The translations under genes and the position numbers were made by a program. DNA of 58,623 bases from a virus. The stretch is from positions 1 through 58,623 of the IMG/VR virus record IMGVR_UViG_3300005471_000003, one strand, 5' to 3'. Numbering within the stretch: the first letter of the stretch is position 1; every line of letters begins with the position of its first letter. A model generated the notes under the pieces. That model saw only the letters and a list, made by a program, of their open reading frames with translations. It was not told the DNA's origin and did no database searches. Shown in pieces: positions 35,985 through 46,877 of this stretch.

Positions 35985-38900
35985 TTATTTGAGTGACCCA
36001 CCGATTAGCTTGTAGAAATCCAGAAGCGTATCCTCTTTTTCCTTCTGCGCCTGAAGATACAGTTCGGCATCCTTTTTCGTGAAGGTCGATGCCCATGCCT
36101 TTTCCAAGTCCTGAGATCCAGTATAAGGATGTTCCAAATACTGCGTCATGGCTTTCTCGACTTGGCTGGTTGTGCGGGTCTTCAACAAGTCATCCAGAAT
36201 CTTCCGTGCGTCCTTGTATTTACCGATGTTTAGCGCGGTTCTGAGCTTCAAATACGACGGTTCATCTGTTGGGATGATTTCAACAATCGGCATCAGACCT
36301 TGTTTCTCCCGCCATTCATGCGCTTTCCTGGCAACATCGTTCACTCTCATGTCGCGTCTGTTGGCGAATCCCATTGATGTGCCCAGCGATTCAAGCAACG
36401 TCCTATCCCGCTCGTTCAATCCTCCAAGACCAATCGGTTGCCATGCCTGTGCGATGCGTTGGAATTTCTTCTCGAAACTAAGTTTGGCTCCAGTCCGTTC
36501 ATCTCTACCGAATAGGAAATCTGTTACCGGCCTCGAATACGCCGGACTCAGACGCACATAAGTAAATTGGCCTGGGTTCTCCACTGCATGTGCCAAGTCA
36601 CCCACAACAGAGCGCATACCGACCCAATGATATTTCCCTTTTGAATCCTTAACCTTCACTTCAAACATGTGGCGATTATCGTCCGCTTCAGCGTTGCCGT
36701 GCGTCAGCCAGTTGCCGAGACGCGCTCCGAAATACAACGTGCCAAGCATGGTCGCAATTGCCAGTCGTTCTTCGTCACCGTACCGGCTGAAGAACTTAGA
36801 GGCGAACCGCAGTCTGGCTTCTCCGAAATCTGGCGCAAGAAACACAAGTCTGAGCATCCGTTGTAACTGAGGATCGCGACCTGCCTTTCCAAGGAACATC
36901 TGGTTAAGTTCACCAAACGCGCTGTTCGATGCGTCTCCGATGCGAGCGGCCAGATCGTTCTCTGTAAGCCGACCTGCTCGCAGTCCTCTGCCTGTCGCAC
37001 TGAGAGGCGACCTCGCCCGAGCCATTGCGTTCTCGAACGTGTTTAGCTTCAGTCTCGGGATGTACTGATGAAACATGAAATCCGAGAATGCACTGATGAA
37101 CCGGCCGTACAGCGGGATTTTCTTCAGCAACGGTCCAGTGATGCCTTCCTCGAACACACTCAACTCAGCGGGACTCGGAGCGAGTTTCAGGTGGCCTTTT
37201 TCGATGGCGAACCGTGTGGCAGGCGATTCAAAATCTATCGGTGACCATTTGAACGGGTTCGTCCAGTGAAACGCCGCGTGCGTGCCGACGTGGACGATAT
37301 GAAACGTAGATGGCAACAGACCGAGCTTGAAAGTCTTGGCTGTTGACCCCACGGCAAGCGCACCGCGCATCAAACGACCGGCTGTCAGGCGCGATTTCTC
37401 CATGAACCGAGAGAGTGTTTCGTGGAATTCAGGATGAACAACCATGTCACCGCGCATCATCACGTTCCGGCCTTCAGGCGTGTTGGTCAGCCATTTCCAG
37501 CCTTGCAACGCCGGATGATTGATTGCCAGGTAATCTGATATTTCTTTTGCCTGTGTCTTAGGCGTGATGAGCACTGGACTGTCAGCAGCCGTTCTGTCTG
37601 GAATGACTGACCCACCACGAACATCAACAGCAGGCCGTCCGTCACTGGCTTTCAATTCGGACAGTGCTTTGATGAAAGTTCGGCTCGCTATCGCTCGGTC
37701 CATTGCGAAGTTGTAGAATGGAACCACCTTCGCAGGATCAAGAATCGGTTTCTTGCCTTCGAGTATCCCTTCGATCAACGACGGAATCTTTCGCTCGCGT
37801 GCAAACTGAAAGTAAGTATTTACTCGCCCGGTTGCGATGGCTCCACGCAACGAGTCTGGCATGTTGGATTCTTTCTTCCAGACGTGCGTGTAGTAATCCT
37901 TCAACCCTTCCTCGAACAAATCAGCACCAACAGCGTCCTGCTCACGAATGCCGAAGTACTGTTTCAACTGCTCTGAAAAGGCTCGCAGTTCAAGCGACGG
38001 ATCAAGCGCACGTTCCAATGCCGCCCTGACATTTTTTGGTGTATCAGACGGCAGAAGGGCCAGAGCATCTTTAATGACCTGGCGCACCTCAGCGGGTGTG
38101 GCGAGTGCATCTGGATTTACCGCAAGTCTGTTCGGGTCTTTGCTGGCTATACGCGCCGAATCAATGAGGATCGCGGCAGCTTCACGATCCGTCACGTCTT
38201 TCATCTGGCGCAGGATGGCTTCACCGGCACGTTTCGATGCTGCGCTCGAATACTGAATCGCGTAATCGTATTCGCCTAATCGACTGTCCAAGTCAGATGC
38301 CTTACGAATGCCTTCCCACCAATGTTTCGCTGTGACACCGGCATTCGCCATTCTGCCAACTGCCTTCGTCCATAGATCGCCTTTCTTCGACCACGCATCG
38401 GCGATTCGTTCGCCAAGAGCAAGACGCTGTTTGGTTCCGACTTTTGGAGTGGCATTAAGTTGATCGGTCAACTGTTGGATGGGCGGATACTTCGGAGCAC
38501 CTGCTGTCTTGGCACCTGGCCCTTCGCCAAACGCAGGAGGTTCTTCACGAAGCTCTGACCCTGAACTTCGGAGCAATTGTTCAACTGGCATCGTTCGTTC
38601 AAGTTCGTCAAGATGCCCTCGAAACTCAGCCATGCGCCCAATCAATTCCGATTTGGCACGTGGAATGTCAGGATGATCGTCGCTACTACTTATCAATCTG
38701 GCCAACAAATCCCGTATGCGAGAGCGTTCTGCGGCGGCTTGTTCAGCTAGAAATTTAGCGTGGGGAGGATATTTTACACCACTCTTGTCGATCTCCTTGA
38801 AATAATCCCGCCACGCATCAAGCCGTGCAGTTTCAGCGTCGAAAACTTTGTTGACCTGTTGATCTGTAAGACTGCGCCAATCCAGTCCGCTCTCTCGACG

Positions 38901-40823
38901 CGGCAAATCCCGCATCAATGCTCTTTGAGCTTCGGTGGCGGTGCCGATTCGTTGTATGGCGCTGGTGAAGCCTGCAAGATCAACGATTTTGCTTGGCTGC
39001 TTTCCTTCAGAAGCAGGCTCCCGTCCGGCAGTTCCTCCAGGCTGCTCCCGTCCTTGAATTTTTGAACTTGGTTCTTCACGCAGTTCGGATGGTGGCACAA
39101 TCGACTCTTTTTGACCAGCCAATTCAGGTGCGGGCGCAGGCGCGGCGGGCTGCGCTGCGGTTGGCCCTGCTGATTCCGCGAACTGCTTAGCCAGCGCCTC
39201 CGTCTTGAAATTGCCCATGACAAGCCCCTGCTCATCGCTCACCGCCCACAGTCTGTTGACGCGATCCCACTGCACCCAGCGCCGACCTTGCGCTGTCGTC
39301 GCCACCCAGAAGTGAGGTTTGCCGCCCGCTGTGGCGGAGGGCACCTTGCGCCACTGGTTTAAGCCTTCAGGCAAAGCTGGCGCGGTCCCTGTGGGCATTA
39401 CTTCAACGGGCTGCGCTGCGGGCGCTTCCTCTGCGCGTGCGGCGGCTTGCTCCTCGGCGCTCAGTGCGGCGGGGTCTCGTGCCCGTTCAATCTGCACCGG
39501 ACGAGGTTGCTCCTCGCCAAAGTAATACCGCGCCATCTCCGGTGCGTCCGCGCCGTAAACAGCCTGCAACTCGCCTGCGATCTGCGCTTTGATGGTGTCG
39601 AGTGGGACGCCTTGTTCTTTGGCTGCTTTGCCAATCTTCTGCATGGCCTGTTCAGCAGCGGTCTTCATCGCTGGGTCGCGTGCGGCGCGACGGATTAGAC
39701 GGACAAGAGCGGGAACGGGCGACGACCCGGCAACATCGCTCACGTCTATGTCAGCGACGGCCTTTGCAATGTCTTCGGCGACGAGTTGAGCTTCGCCTTC
39801 CGGTCCTTCTGGCAACGCTCTAACGCGCTGCATCTCAGCGTCTTCTCGGGTCAATGGAACTTTGGAGACTTCTTGTGCTTGTTCGCCTGCTCGAACTCCC
39901 TCAGGACTCGGCGTGGTGGGCAGGACTTGTTCGCCTTCGACGGTTGGTGGGCGCACATTCGGAAGAAGTTCGCCTGTTTCTGACTTTTGTACGGCACTTG
40001 GCACCTCCTGTTGTTTGGGTTGTTCTGTTCTTATCTCAGTAACTGTTGATGGCACCTCGATGTCTTCACGCAATGCTCTGATCGAACGCGAGAATTTTGG
40101 TGCCTGACCGTGCAAGAACGGTCCAGCGACCATTGGCGCATTCACCGCCAAATCGCCAACAGCTTCGTAGTAACCAGCTCTGTCGCCTTCCTCGCGTGCT
40201 TTCTGGATTCGTCGAATGGATTCCAAGGTTCCTTCAGTGCCCATTGCAGCCCAAGCAGGCAACATGATTTGCGGTGCCACTGGTGTTGCAGCAAGACCAA
40301 CTATTCCTCCGGGCGTAGCGACGGCTTCAACTAATTTCTCAGCACTTTTACCCACACCACTGCGAACGGGATGTTGCACGCTGAATACGTGTTCCTTGAG
40401 CTTTCGGCGTTCGATCTGTTCGGGAGTTTCTTCGACAGAAGGTGGAACTACAATCGGAGTCAATGGAGCTGGCATCGGTTCTTCCGGTGCCTTGATCTTA
40501 TTGAACCATTCCAATCCTTTCCCAATCAGACCGCCTATTGTCGGTTCTGGAACTCGCTCGTTCCAACGTGGATCAATTCTCTGAAGCGCAATGTTGATTG
40601 CCTGCTGTTCTTCAGGCGTTGTCGGAACTGGCTCGCGAAGCTGCTCCGGTGGGCGTTGCTGAAAAACAATCGGTTGCGACTCTAAAGTGGCGTGCTCAGT
40701 AAAATCCGGCAGGTCTTCTACGGCAACAGCATCACCGGAGAAGTCTGGCAGCGTGTCATTGACATCTTCAGGCACGATTACTTTTTCTGAAGCAGTTTGC
40801 CGTCTTTTGGATTCACGAACCAC
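35985..40823 (-). CDS. very large virion-associated protein (function unknown)
   Basis: 1612-aa ORF immediately upstream of terL. The N-terminal ~600 aa are Pro/Ala/Glu-rich; the rest is non-repetitive. Alternative GTG start at 40775 would avoid the overlap with the upstream gene. Confidence 0.65.
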   Translation of the reverse strand: MVRESKRRQTASEKVIVPEDVNDTLPDFSGDAVAVEDLPDFTEHATLESQPIVFQQRPPEQLREPVPTTPEEQQAINIALQRIDPRWNERVPEPTIGGLIGKGLEWFNKIKAPEEPMPAPLTPIVVPPSVEETPEQIERRKLKEHVFSVQHPVRSGVGKSAEKLVEAVATPGGIVGLAATPVAPQIMLPAWAAMGTEGTLESIRRIQKAREEGDRAGYYEAVGDLAVNAPMVAGPFLHGQAPKFSRSIRALREDIEVPSTVTEIRTEQPKQQEVPSAVQKSETGELLPNVRPPTVEGEQVLPTTPSPEGVRAGEQAQEVSKVPLTREDAEMQRVRALPEGPEGEAQLVAEDIAKAVADIDVSDVAGSSPVPALVRLIRRAARDPAMKTAAEQAMQKIGKAAKEQGVPLDTIKAQIAGELQAVYGADAPEMARYYFGEEQPRPVQIERARDPAALSAEEQAAARAEEAPAAQPVEVMPTGTAPALPEGLNQWRKVPSATAGGKPHFWVATTAQGRRWVQWDRVNRLWAVSDEQGLVMGNFKTEALAKQFAESAGPTAAQPAAPAPAPELAGQKESIVPPSELREEPSSKIQGREQPGGTAGREPASEGKQPSKIVDLAGFTSAIQRIGTATEAQRALMRDLPRRESGLDWRSLTDQQVNKVFDAETARLDAWRDYFKEIDKSGVKYPPHAKFLAEQAAAERSRIRDLLARLISSSDDHPDIPRAKSELIGRMAEFRGHLDELERTMPVEQLLRSSGSELREEPPAFGEGPGAKTAGAPKYPPIQQLTDQLNATPKVGTKQRLALGERIADAWSKKGDLWTKAVGRMANAGVTAKHWWEGIRKASDLDSRLGEYDYAIQYSSAASKRAGEAILRQMKDVTDREAAAILIDSARIASKDPNRLAVNPDALATPAEVRQVIKDALALLPSDTPKNVRAALERALDPSLELRAFSEQLKQYFGIREQDAVGADLFEEGLKDYYTHVWKKESNMPDSLRGAIATGRVNTYFQFARERKIPSLIEGILEGKKPILDPAKVVPFYNFAMDRAIASRTFIKALSELKASDGRPAVDVRGGSVIPDRTAADSPVLITPKTQAKEISDYLAINHPALQGWKWLTNTPEGRNVMMRGDMVVHPEFHETLSRFMEKSRLTAGRLMRGALAVGSTAKTFKLGLLPSTFHIVHVGTHAAFHWTNPFKWSPIDFESPATRFAIEKGHLKLAPSPAELSVFEEGITGPLLKKIPLYGRFISAFSDFMFHQYIPRLKLNTFENAMARARSPLSATGRGLRAGRLTENDLAARIGDASNSAFGELNQMFLGKAGRDPQLQRMLRLVFLAPDFGEARLRFASKFFSRYGDEERLAIATMLGTLYFGARLGNWLTHGNAEADDNRHMFEVKVKDSKGKYHWVGMRSVVGDLAHAVENPGQFTYVRLSPAYSRPVTDFLFGRDERTGAKLSFEKKFQRIAQAWQPIGLGGLNERDRTLLESLGTSMGFANRRDMRVNDVARKAHEWREKQGLMPIVEIIPTDEPSYLKLRTALNIGKYKDARKILDDLLKTRTTSQVEKAMTQYLEHPYTGSQDLEKAWASTFTKKDAELYLQAQKEKEDTLLDFYKLIGGSLK

Positions 40824-41812
40824 ATCTTAGACGGTATCGACTGGAATTGTTCAGGTGTGGTCGGTCTGGCCGGATCTTCCTTAGTTCCTTGACCTGGCAC
40901 AGCGACTTTCTTGGCGGGCGCAGGAGCGGGAGGAGCCACACCTTCCAGCTTGGATAGTTCAGCGTCGATTGCGGTGGCTTTATCCTGCTTTTCGGAGATG
41001 TATTTCTCGTTCTCAGGTCCGCCTGCTTTCACGCGCATTTCCCACGCGAGACCTTTCATCTGTTCAGTCAGCATGTCGCGTTGTTTGCGAAGATCAGCCG
41101 CGCGTAATCTTTGTTGGTCACTCAGCTTACCTTCAGGCGGTGTTCTGTTAATGATCGTTCCGGTGCTCGGTCCTGTTGGTGCTCGGTAGCCCAATATATT
41201 TCCATCAGGATCAGTGATCGCTTCGGCCTTTGTTCCCAATGGCGGTTTGGGCATTGCCGATGCAGGAACAAAGTGCGGTGTCCCGCGAGCGTCCACATAA
41301 GCGTCTGGCATACCCGGATTCTTTAGAACAGTTGGAGGCGCGACTGGAGCCGTCGCCCTTAACGCACCACTGAACCCGCTTCCCAGTCCCATCGGATGTC
41401 TCTTAACAGCTTCGTGGATCGGGACACCGTTTTGGATGTCTCGTTCCAACCCCATCATGTCGATTGAACGTTTGGCGATTTCAATGTCCTTCGTGCTTTT
41501 GGCGACTCGGCTCATCTGCTCGAACATCTGCGCGTCGAGTGCGGCGTTCTGAGCGGCAGCGCGAGCGGCTTTTGCCTGTTGATCGAAAGCGTCGAGACGC
41601 GCGGTGAAGGCTTGTTGTTCAGGAAATGTCCACGACTGCTTTGGTAGAGCCGTGACGGGTTGACCAGCGCTAATCTGGTTACTCGCAGCTTCGATGGTGC
41701 TCCAAGGTGTTGACGGAGGAAATGGAGACGCTGGTGCCTGAGACATCGACTCAGGCATCTGGACTGGTGACGAGTCCAAAGCGATTGAATCCTGTTCAGT
41801 GTCGTAGGCCAT
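40778..41812 (-). CDS. hypothetical structural-module protein
   Basis: 344-aa ORF, co-oriented and tightly packed. Confidence 0.55.
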   Translation of the reverse strand: MAYDTEQDSIALDSSPVQMPESMSQAPASPFPPSTPWSTIEAASNQISAGQPVTALPKQSWTFPEQQAFTARLDAFDQQAKAARAAAQNAALDAQMFEQMSRVAKSTKDIEIAKRSIDMMGLERDIQNGVPIHEAVKRHPMGLGSGFSGALRATAPVAPPTVLKNPGMPDAYVDARGTPHFVPASAMPKPPLGTKAEAITDPDGNILGYRAPTGPSTGTIINRTPPEGKLSDQQRLRAADLRKQRDMLTEQMKGLAWEMRVKAGGPENEKYISEKQDKATAIDAELSKLEGVAPPAPAPAKKVAVPGQGTKEDPARPTTPEQFQSIPSKMWFVNPKDGKLLQKK

Positions 41813-42450
41813 TATTCGTAAAAGTCTCCGAAATAACCGTCGTCGTAACCTGTGTCGTCGCCTGTGCCGAAACCTCCACCACTAATGCCAAGTTCAGCAA
41901 GCATGTCGTCGAGAGTTGGACTGCTAGAATCGTAACCGCCCGAAAGAATCCCACCGCCTGAACCTGACGAGTCCGGGCGCGTGCCTCGATAAGCTGTGTC
42001 CGGCGCTGGTCCCCAAGGACTGTTCATAAATCCAGCCCAAGGGGTGCTGACCTGTGGAGAACTGCTTGGATGGCTACTACCACCGCCACGCTGTACGCCC
42101 CCGGTGCCGTAGTGCAATTTGGCGATTTCGCGCTGATTCTCCAACCCTTCCGATTGCAGGTTAAGGCCAGCGGACTGGTAGGGCGTGATTTGATATGGGA
42201 GAGTGCGAGAGGCATCACCACTCAGAAGGCTATTGGCAAGCGCAAGGCGTTGAAGGTAATTCTGCTCAGACATGCGAACGGCGGTACTGTCGCCCGCAGG
42301 TGAACCATAAATACCACGACCTGCGGACACTTCCGCGCTTTGACGGGCTATATCCGGCACCAACCCCGGTGTGATTAGGTCTTTGACAACCGGATCAAAC
42401 AGACTGTAGGGAGGTGCTGTAGCGGTAGGTTTGTACTTTGGCATAATCAT
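41812..42450 (-). CDS. hypothetical structural-module protein
   Basis: 212-aa ORF with a Gly/Ser/Asp-rich C-terminus. Confidence 0.55.
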   Translation of the reverse strand: MIMPKYKPTATAPPYSLFDPVVKDLITPGLVPDIARQSAEVSAGRGIYGSPAGDSTAVRMSEQNYLQRLALANSLLSGDASRTLPYQITPYQSAGLNLQSEGLENQREIAKLHYGTGGVQRGGGSSHPSSSPQVSTPWAGFMNSPWGPAPDTAYRGTRPDSSGSGGGILSGGYDSSSPTLDDMLAELGISGGGFGTGDDTGYDDGYFGDFYE

Positions 42451-43490
42451 CCAGTGCCGATGCTCGTGAATCTCGCCCCACCAAACGGGCTGAAACTTAC
42501 AGCAGGCTCAAGGCTTCCTTGTTCATGGACGCTCTGGCCCTGCAAAAGTCGAATCGCCGCGCGATGGTGGTAATCCGCCATTCCCTTTGAACTGGGTTGA
42601 TCTATCTCCATATACCTTCCGGCTTGGCATTCGTTGATGACGGCTTCCAAAGATGGAATCACCAACCAATCAGTTGTCACGTTTACTGGCACGAATGCGA
42701 GCTGGCATAGAGCGGTGATTTGGACTGTGCCTGCCGTGATAGACGGAGGATTGCAACAGGACGTTGGGACACCACCAACATAATATCGCCTGTAACTTGC
42801 CGTGGTCTCTCCGGGCTGCATCGTCAGAACCAATCGTTGATCTCCAGTTCCGGTGTCCACTTCATAGAAACTGACCGGACCAAGTGTGATGTCTTTCTGA
42901 ATCCCGGTGACTTTGTTTACCGTTGCGGGTGAATCAACGAACGGAGCGGTGAGCGTCAGGAAATCGCCCAAGACCTGCACGGTTCCATCCAGCGAGTAGC
43001 GCGGTTGATTGTTTCCGTCGAGTGACTGGAGCAGAACGCGCTTACCCTCATCAGCACTGTCACTCAGATAGACACGAATCTTTTTGTCTGGCGGCAAGAT
43101 GTCAGAGAACAACGGGAATTTGCCACGGTCATACGCTCGCAACGGAGCACAACGATTCGCATTACACGTTGCTTTCGGCCAGCGACCGAATCCCCAGCGG
43201 AGATATTCAAAGAACTGGTTCGAGATTGGAATTGGTGCTGTGCAAAGGTCTATGGATTGAATCCTTGAGACGTTGAACGGCGTCGTGATGAACGGATCGT
43301 CTTGTGTGATGTCGAACGCAATCTCTGTCCAAGTCCCGATCCAACCTGAGTCGCCAACCTCACGAGCGAACAGCAAACGTTCACTCGCCGCATTGACTGC
43401 GGCAGCACATCCAGCCGTATCGGTAGAACAAAGACCAAGGGCTTGCGGGCCGCGTGACGCCATGAAAGCGCCCAAAGTAGGGAGCACCAT
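42447..43490 (-). CDS. hypothetical structural-module protein
   Basis: 347-aa ORF with an ATGA overlap to the downstream gene. Confidence 0.55.
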   Translation of the reverse strand: MVLPTLGAFMASRGPQALGLCSTDTAGCAAAVNAASERLLFAREVGDSGWIGTWTEIAFDITQDDPFITTPFNVSRIQSIDLCTAPIPISNQFFEYLRWGFGRWPKATCNANRCAPLRAYDRGKFPLFSDILPPDKKIRVYLSDSADEGKRVLLQSLDGNNQPRYSLDGTVQVLGDFLTLTAPFVDSPATVNKVTGIQKDITLGPVSFYEVDTGTGDQRLVLTMQPGETTASYRRYYVGGVPTSCCNPPSITAGTVQITALCQLAFVPVNVTTDWLVIPSLEAVINECQAGRYMEIDQPSSKGMADYHHRAAIRLLQGQSVHEQGSLEPAVSFSPFGGARFTSIGTG

Positions 43491-43545
43491 GAATCAAGCT
43501 ATCGCGCTTTGTGGCAGAAATGACAAGCGCGAACTTGGACTCAGG

Positions 43546-44670
43546 TCAAGGTGAGTAGGCTTCGAGTGTGAGCGTGGGTGGTCCAGTGCAACTGAAGTCC
43601 GGGTCGCGTGTGAACGTAATTCCCAACGGCGATACGGACACAGGTGACGTATAGAACGCCATAGTGCCGTTGACCGTGCTGAAATTCAGCACCCATCTGC
43701 CAGGGGGACTTTCGTAATCCAGACTGAAAAAAGGCAACTGCCCGTCGGCAGTAGCCAAAGCGTCGTACGTGACACATGGATTTCCGCCAATCTGATACTT
43801 GTTCGGAAAAGTCCCATCCCAAGTGACTAGCACGGCAGCATCGCATGGGTTGGCCTCGAACGGCGGTGGAAATGTGCCAGCAACCCAATCCAGCGCATTG
43901 AATGACGCAACACGCAGGCGACATGCACCGGGATCAAGGCACCAGTCTGTCGTTACTCCGCATGAGCCGTTGACCGTAATCGAGAAAGCACGTTCGCATG
44001 TGGATGTGGGCGTCGTTAGGCGGACAGTGAATCCGTAGCTGGCTGCGGTCGTCGGCGTGCCGGTGATGAATCCACTAGAGGCATCGAGCACAAGTCCGGG
44101 CGGCAGCGATCCAGCGACTATACTGAACGTTGGTGTGTGCGTGCCACCGAAGGTGACTATCTGCGCGGAGTAAGGAGCATCGACGTTGCCCGCCGTGAGC
44201 GGTGATGTGGTAAGAAAGCAGATTAGCAGGTCATCGGCCTGCTGACATGCGAGTGATTCGGCGCGTGCATTGGCGTCTGCCTGCCATGCCGATACGACAG
44301 TGCCGGGAGCGACAATGGCCGTCTGCGGACAGGTGGTGTCAGGGCACTCGGCGTCGCAGGTGGCTTGGCTGTTTCCGAATCGTTGGCGAGAAGAAGACCA
44401 CAGCGGGTTGCCGTCGTCAGGAGCACCGTCGAGAGAGCATTCGATAGCGGCTCGGGCGGCGCACAGATCGGCGTCCTCTTGCGAATCAGTAGACTCGCAA
44501 AATCCAAAACAGAACGGCGCGAAGAATGTTCCGTGCGTTGGCGGCTGGCCATAGTGCCCGTAGAACACCTGCTGGTCTGGATCTTCGCTGGAGTAGTTGG
44601 ACACGGGGTCCAAGGTGCAGTCGCAGCCTCGAATGACTTTCTCGCATGGAATGGAAATAGGCGTTGCCAT
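43546..44670 (-). CDS. Cys-rich structural protein with a putative Ig-like (He_PIG-type) segment
   Basis: SLPPGLVLDASSGFITGTPTTAASYGFTVRLT is the typical 'putative Ig domain' pattern. Confidence 0.55.
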   Translation of the reverse strand: MATPISIPCEKVIRGCDCTLDPVSNYSSEDPDQQVFYGHYGQPPTHGTFFAPFCFGFCESTDSQEDADLCAARAAIECSLDGAPDDGNPLWSSSRQRFGNSQATCDAECPDTTCPQTAIVAPGTVVSAWQADANARAESLACQQADDLLICFLTTSPLTAGNVDAPYSAQIVTFGGTHTPTFSIVAGSLPPGLVLDASSGFITGTPTTAASYGFTVRLTTPTSTCERAFSITVNGSCGVTTDWCLDPGACRLRVASFNALDWVAGTFPPPFEANPCDAAVLVTWDGTFPNKYQIGGNPCVTYDALATADGQLPFFSLDYESPPGRWVLNFSTVNGTMAFYTSPVSVSPLGITFTRDPDFSCTGPPTLTLEAYSP

Positions 44671-44673
44671 ACA

Positions 44674-46491
44674 TCAACACACCGTTCCTGAATAAGGTCC
44701 GCGCTGACGAGGTATGCCGTAAACGCGGCATGAATTGATTTCGCAATAGCCACGAAACGTCAGCCTGCACTGGAATTGATACGCGATGTTGCTCGGCCTG
44801 CCACTGGCAGAGATGCAAACTGGCGGCGGTTTGGGCACCAGCATTGTGGATCGAAACGACTGGCAAAATACCTCCACCGGGTATCCGCTTTCGGCGCATG
44901 GATCATCAGTGAGTTCAGTGCAGTCCTTGGCGGAACATACCTTCCACGAACGCCACGGCAACCAACACGGGAAATGATCTGGTCTGTACTCCAGCTTGAA
45001 TTCGACCGTCCCCAATAGCTTGCTCATCTCGAATTCAACGGCATCCAGTTCGTGAAGCTGGTTTTGATTGCCCCATGTATAGGCCGGAAATTCTATCTGC
45101 GTCTGAATTCCGTTGCCGTTGTCGTAGCGCGAATCGTTTGTTAGTTCCCAAATCTCAATCGCGTTGTTTGATTCGCTCCACACGACAGCAAAAGCGCGTT
45201 CGCGACCGCCGAAGTCGCCACTGAGCAATTGCAGGACGAGAAGTCCTTGGGCGCTGCCTTCCCATGCCGGTGGCTGGCGCTCCGTCATTGTCGCGATAAG
45301 GTCGAAGTCCAGAGGCAAGATCGACTGGCAAGCGACTCCCACCGGAGTTTGTTGCGGACGAGTTGCCTGAAGCAGACGATTGTCGAACTGGCAACCGGAA
45401 CAATAACGAAGTAAAGACCTGTCATTGAATGCAATAATTCGGTTCTCCTGCCGACTGAGAGGAACTTGACCCCATTGCGTGAAGTTGCGAACAGCCATAG
45501 TCAGAGAGCGAATGTCGCCGTTCGGTGGCGCGTTAAAGAACAAATCTCCATTGACGGAGACAACGGATCGCTCGGCGTAAGTGCCACCAGCAGTCAGAAC
45601 TACTTTCTGCAATGGCATCAAATCCAGTGTTGCCTTGGTCCAGTCATCCCGTGTGATAGGCGCGACACAGGCATAAACAGCCTTGCGTGTGAACACGAAC
45701 ATCTGCGATTCACCAAGTTGAGTGTCCAGGTTTGAACTGTGTTTGAGAGCGCGAATGTTCCCGGCGCTGGTCGGCACACTGAAGCCGTCGCCCGCTGCGG
45801 CCACAGGATTCTCAGTGCAGTGCAGAGTCGCGTCGCGATAGCTGAATGGCGCAGTGCCACTGGACTGATTCTGGTTGATGTCACCGGCAATGTAACGCTG
45901 GCCGATGGCATACCATAGCCGTTGCTGCGCGAAATCCATCGCGGTCGCTGGCGGGATTTCGTTTGTCGGATCAGCAATGCCAACGAACCCGTTTGAACGA
46001 CGCATACCAACCAAGGCCGAGCCATCATCCCAAAAGAAGATTGGTTTGGTAACGTTATCACCAGCCTGCCAGACAAGGAACAATCCTGCCGCTTCAGCGA
46101 AGTACGCTTGCGGTTCTGTTGGCGGCATGGTCAACCCGGGACCGAATAGCGCGGACAAGTCTTGAACGCTATTGTCTGTATCGACGCGGGCACGCCACAA
46201 TGAACCACCGATTGAGAGGACGATGTATGGATCGCCGAAGTCTCGCTCAAGCATGAACGCACCCTGAAACTGAGCGAGCGGCCATGCTGCATCCTGCACG
46301 ACCGGATTCCATCCGGTGCGTTGTGTGATGCCACCACCTCGAACTGTACCGTTGACCAGCCACGCTAAACCGTTTCTAGGGATGCCGGTGGGGAGTTGTT
46401 GAGAGGCGATTGTGCGAACTCGATCACCGAACACGCCAGCTTCAAATGAGAATTGACCATCAACATCTCTGAGATTTGAGTCATTGGCCAT
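44674..46491 (-). CDS. large tail/structural protein (function unknown)
   Basis: 605-aa ORF in the tail-gene block. Confidence 0.6.
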   Translation of the reverse strand: MANDSNLRDVDGQFSFEAGVFGDRVRTIASQQLPTGIPRNGLAWLVNGTVRGGGITQRTGWNPVVQDAAWPLAQFQGAFMLERDFGDPYIVLSIGGSLWRARVDTDNSVQDLSALFGPGLTMPPTEPQAYFAEAAGLFLVWQAGDNVTKPIFFWDDGSALVGMRRSNGFVGIADPTNEIPPATAMDFAQQRLWYAIGQRYIAGDINQNQSSGTAPFSYRDATLHCTENPVAAAGDGFSVPTSAGNIRALKHSSNLDTQLGESQMFVFTRKAVYACVAPITRDDWTKATLDLMPLQKVVLTAGGTYAERSVVSVNGDLFFNAPPNGDIRSLTMAVRNFTQWGQVPLSRQENRIIAFNDRSLLRYCSGCQFDNRLLQATRPQQTPVGVACQSILPLDFDLIATMTERQPPAWEGSAQGLLVLQLLSGDFGGRERAFAVVWSESNNAIEIWELTNDSRYDNGNGIQTQIEFPAYTWGNQNQLHELDAVEFEMSKLLGTVEFKLEYRPDHFPCWLPWRSWKVCSAKDCTELTDDPCAESGYPVEVFCQSFRSTMLVPKPPPVCISASGRPSNIAYQFQCRLTFRGYCEINSCRVYGIPRQRGPYSGTVC

Positions 46492-46509
46492 CGGCGCAAC
46501 ATTAGCGTC

Positions 46510-46716
46510 TCACGGCTCCTTTGCAATCGTCATTGCTGATCGGAGCTTTTCGCACCACAGCGACACGGCTTGGGCGGCGGGCAGTCCCGCACTCTTGAGC
46601 GTCACGTCAAGGCAGGACATGAGAGCGTCAGCATCAGATTTGGTGAACTTCAGCGTGTATTCCTGATCTCCGTTCGTTGATTCTGTCTTCGGCAGGCGTG
46701 ATTCGGAAGTCTTCAT
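46510..46716 (-). CDS. hypothetical small protein
   Basis: 68-aa ORF. Confidence 0.45.
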   Translation of the reverse strand: MKTSESRLPKTESTNGDQEYTLKFTKSDADALMSCLDVTLKSAGLPAAQAVSLWCEKLRSAMTIAKEP

Positions 46717-46877
46717 TGAGGTTCATGCTGCGGTTCGGTCTGGCCGTCGATCACGTTGAAGAACGCCTTGCAGACCTGGCAACGAACACGTAGCGAGGCG
46801 AATGTTTTGCCGTCGCGCACGACTATCTTGGGTTCGACGACGAGGACGGGATGCGGACATGTAGCGGGATCGGTCAT
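46713..46877 (-). CDS. hypothetical small Cys protein
   Basis: 54 aa: MTDPATCPHP...RCQVCKAFF. ATGA overlaps at both ends. Below the track cut-off. Confidence 0.4.
   Translation of the reverse strand: MTDPATCPHPVLVVEPKIVVRDGKTFASLRVRCQVCKAFFNVIDGQTEPQHEPQ

Noticed and set aside
43541-44899. Alternative-frame minus-strand ORFs 43541..43924, 44223..44753 and 44486..44899 overlapping the structural genes
   Set aside because: They have Arg/Cys/His-rich compositions typical of off-frame translation. The main frames give continuous 374-aa and 605-aa proteins with sensible boundaries.
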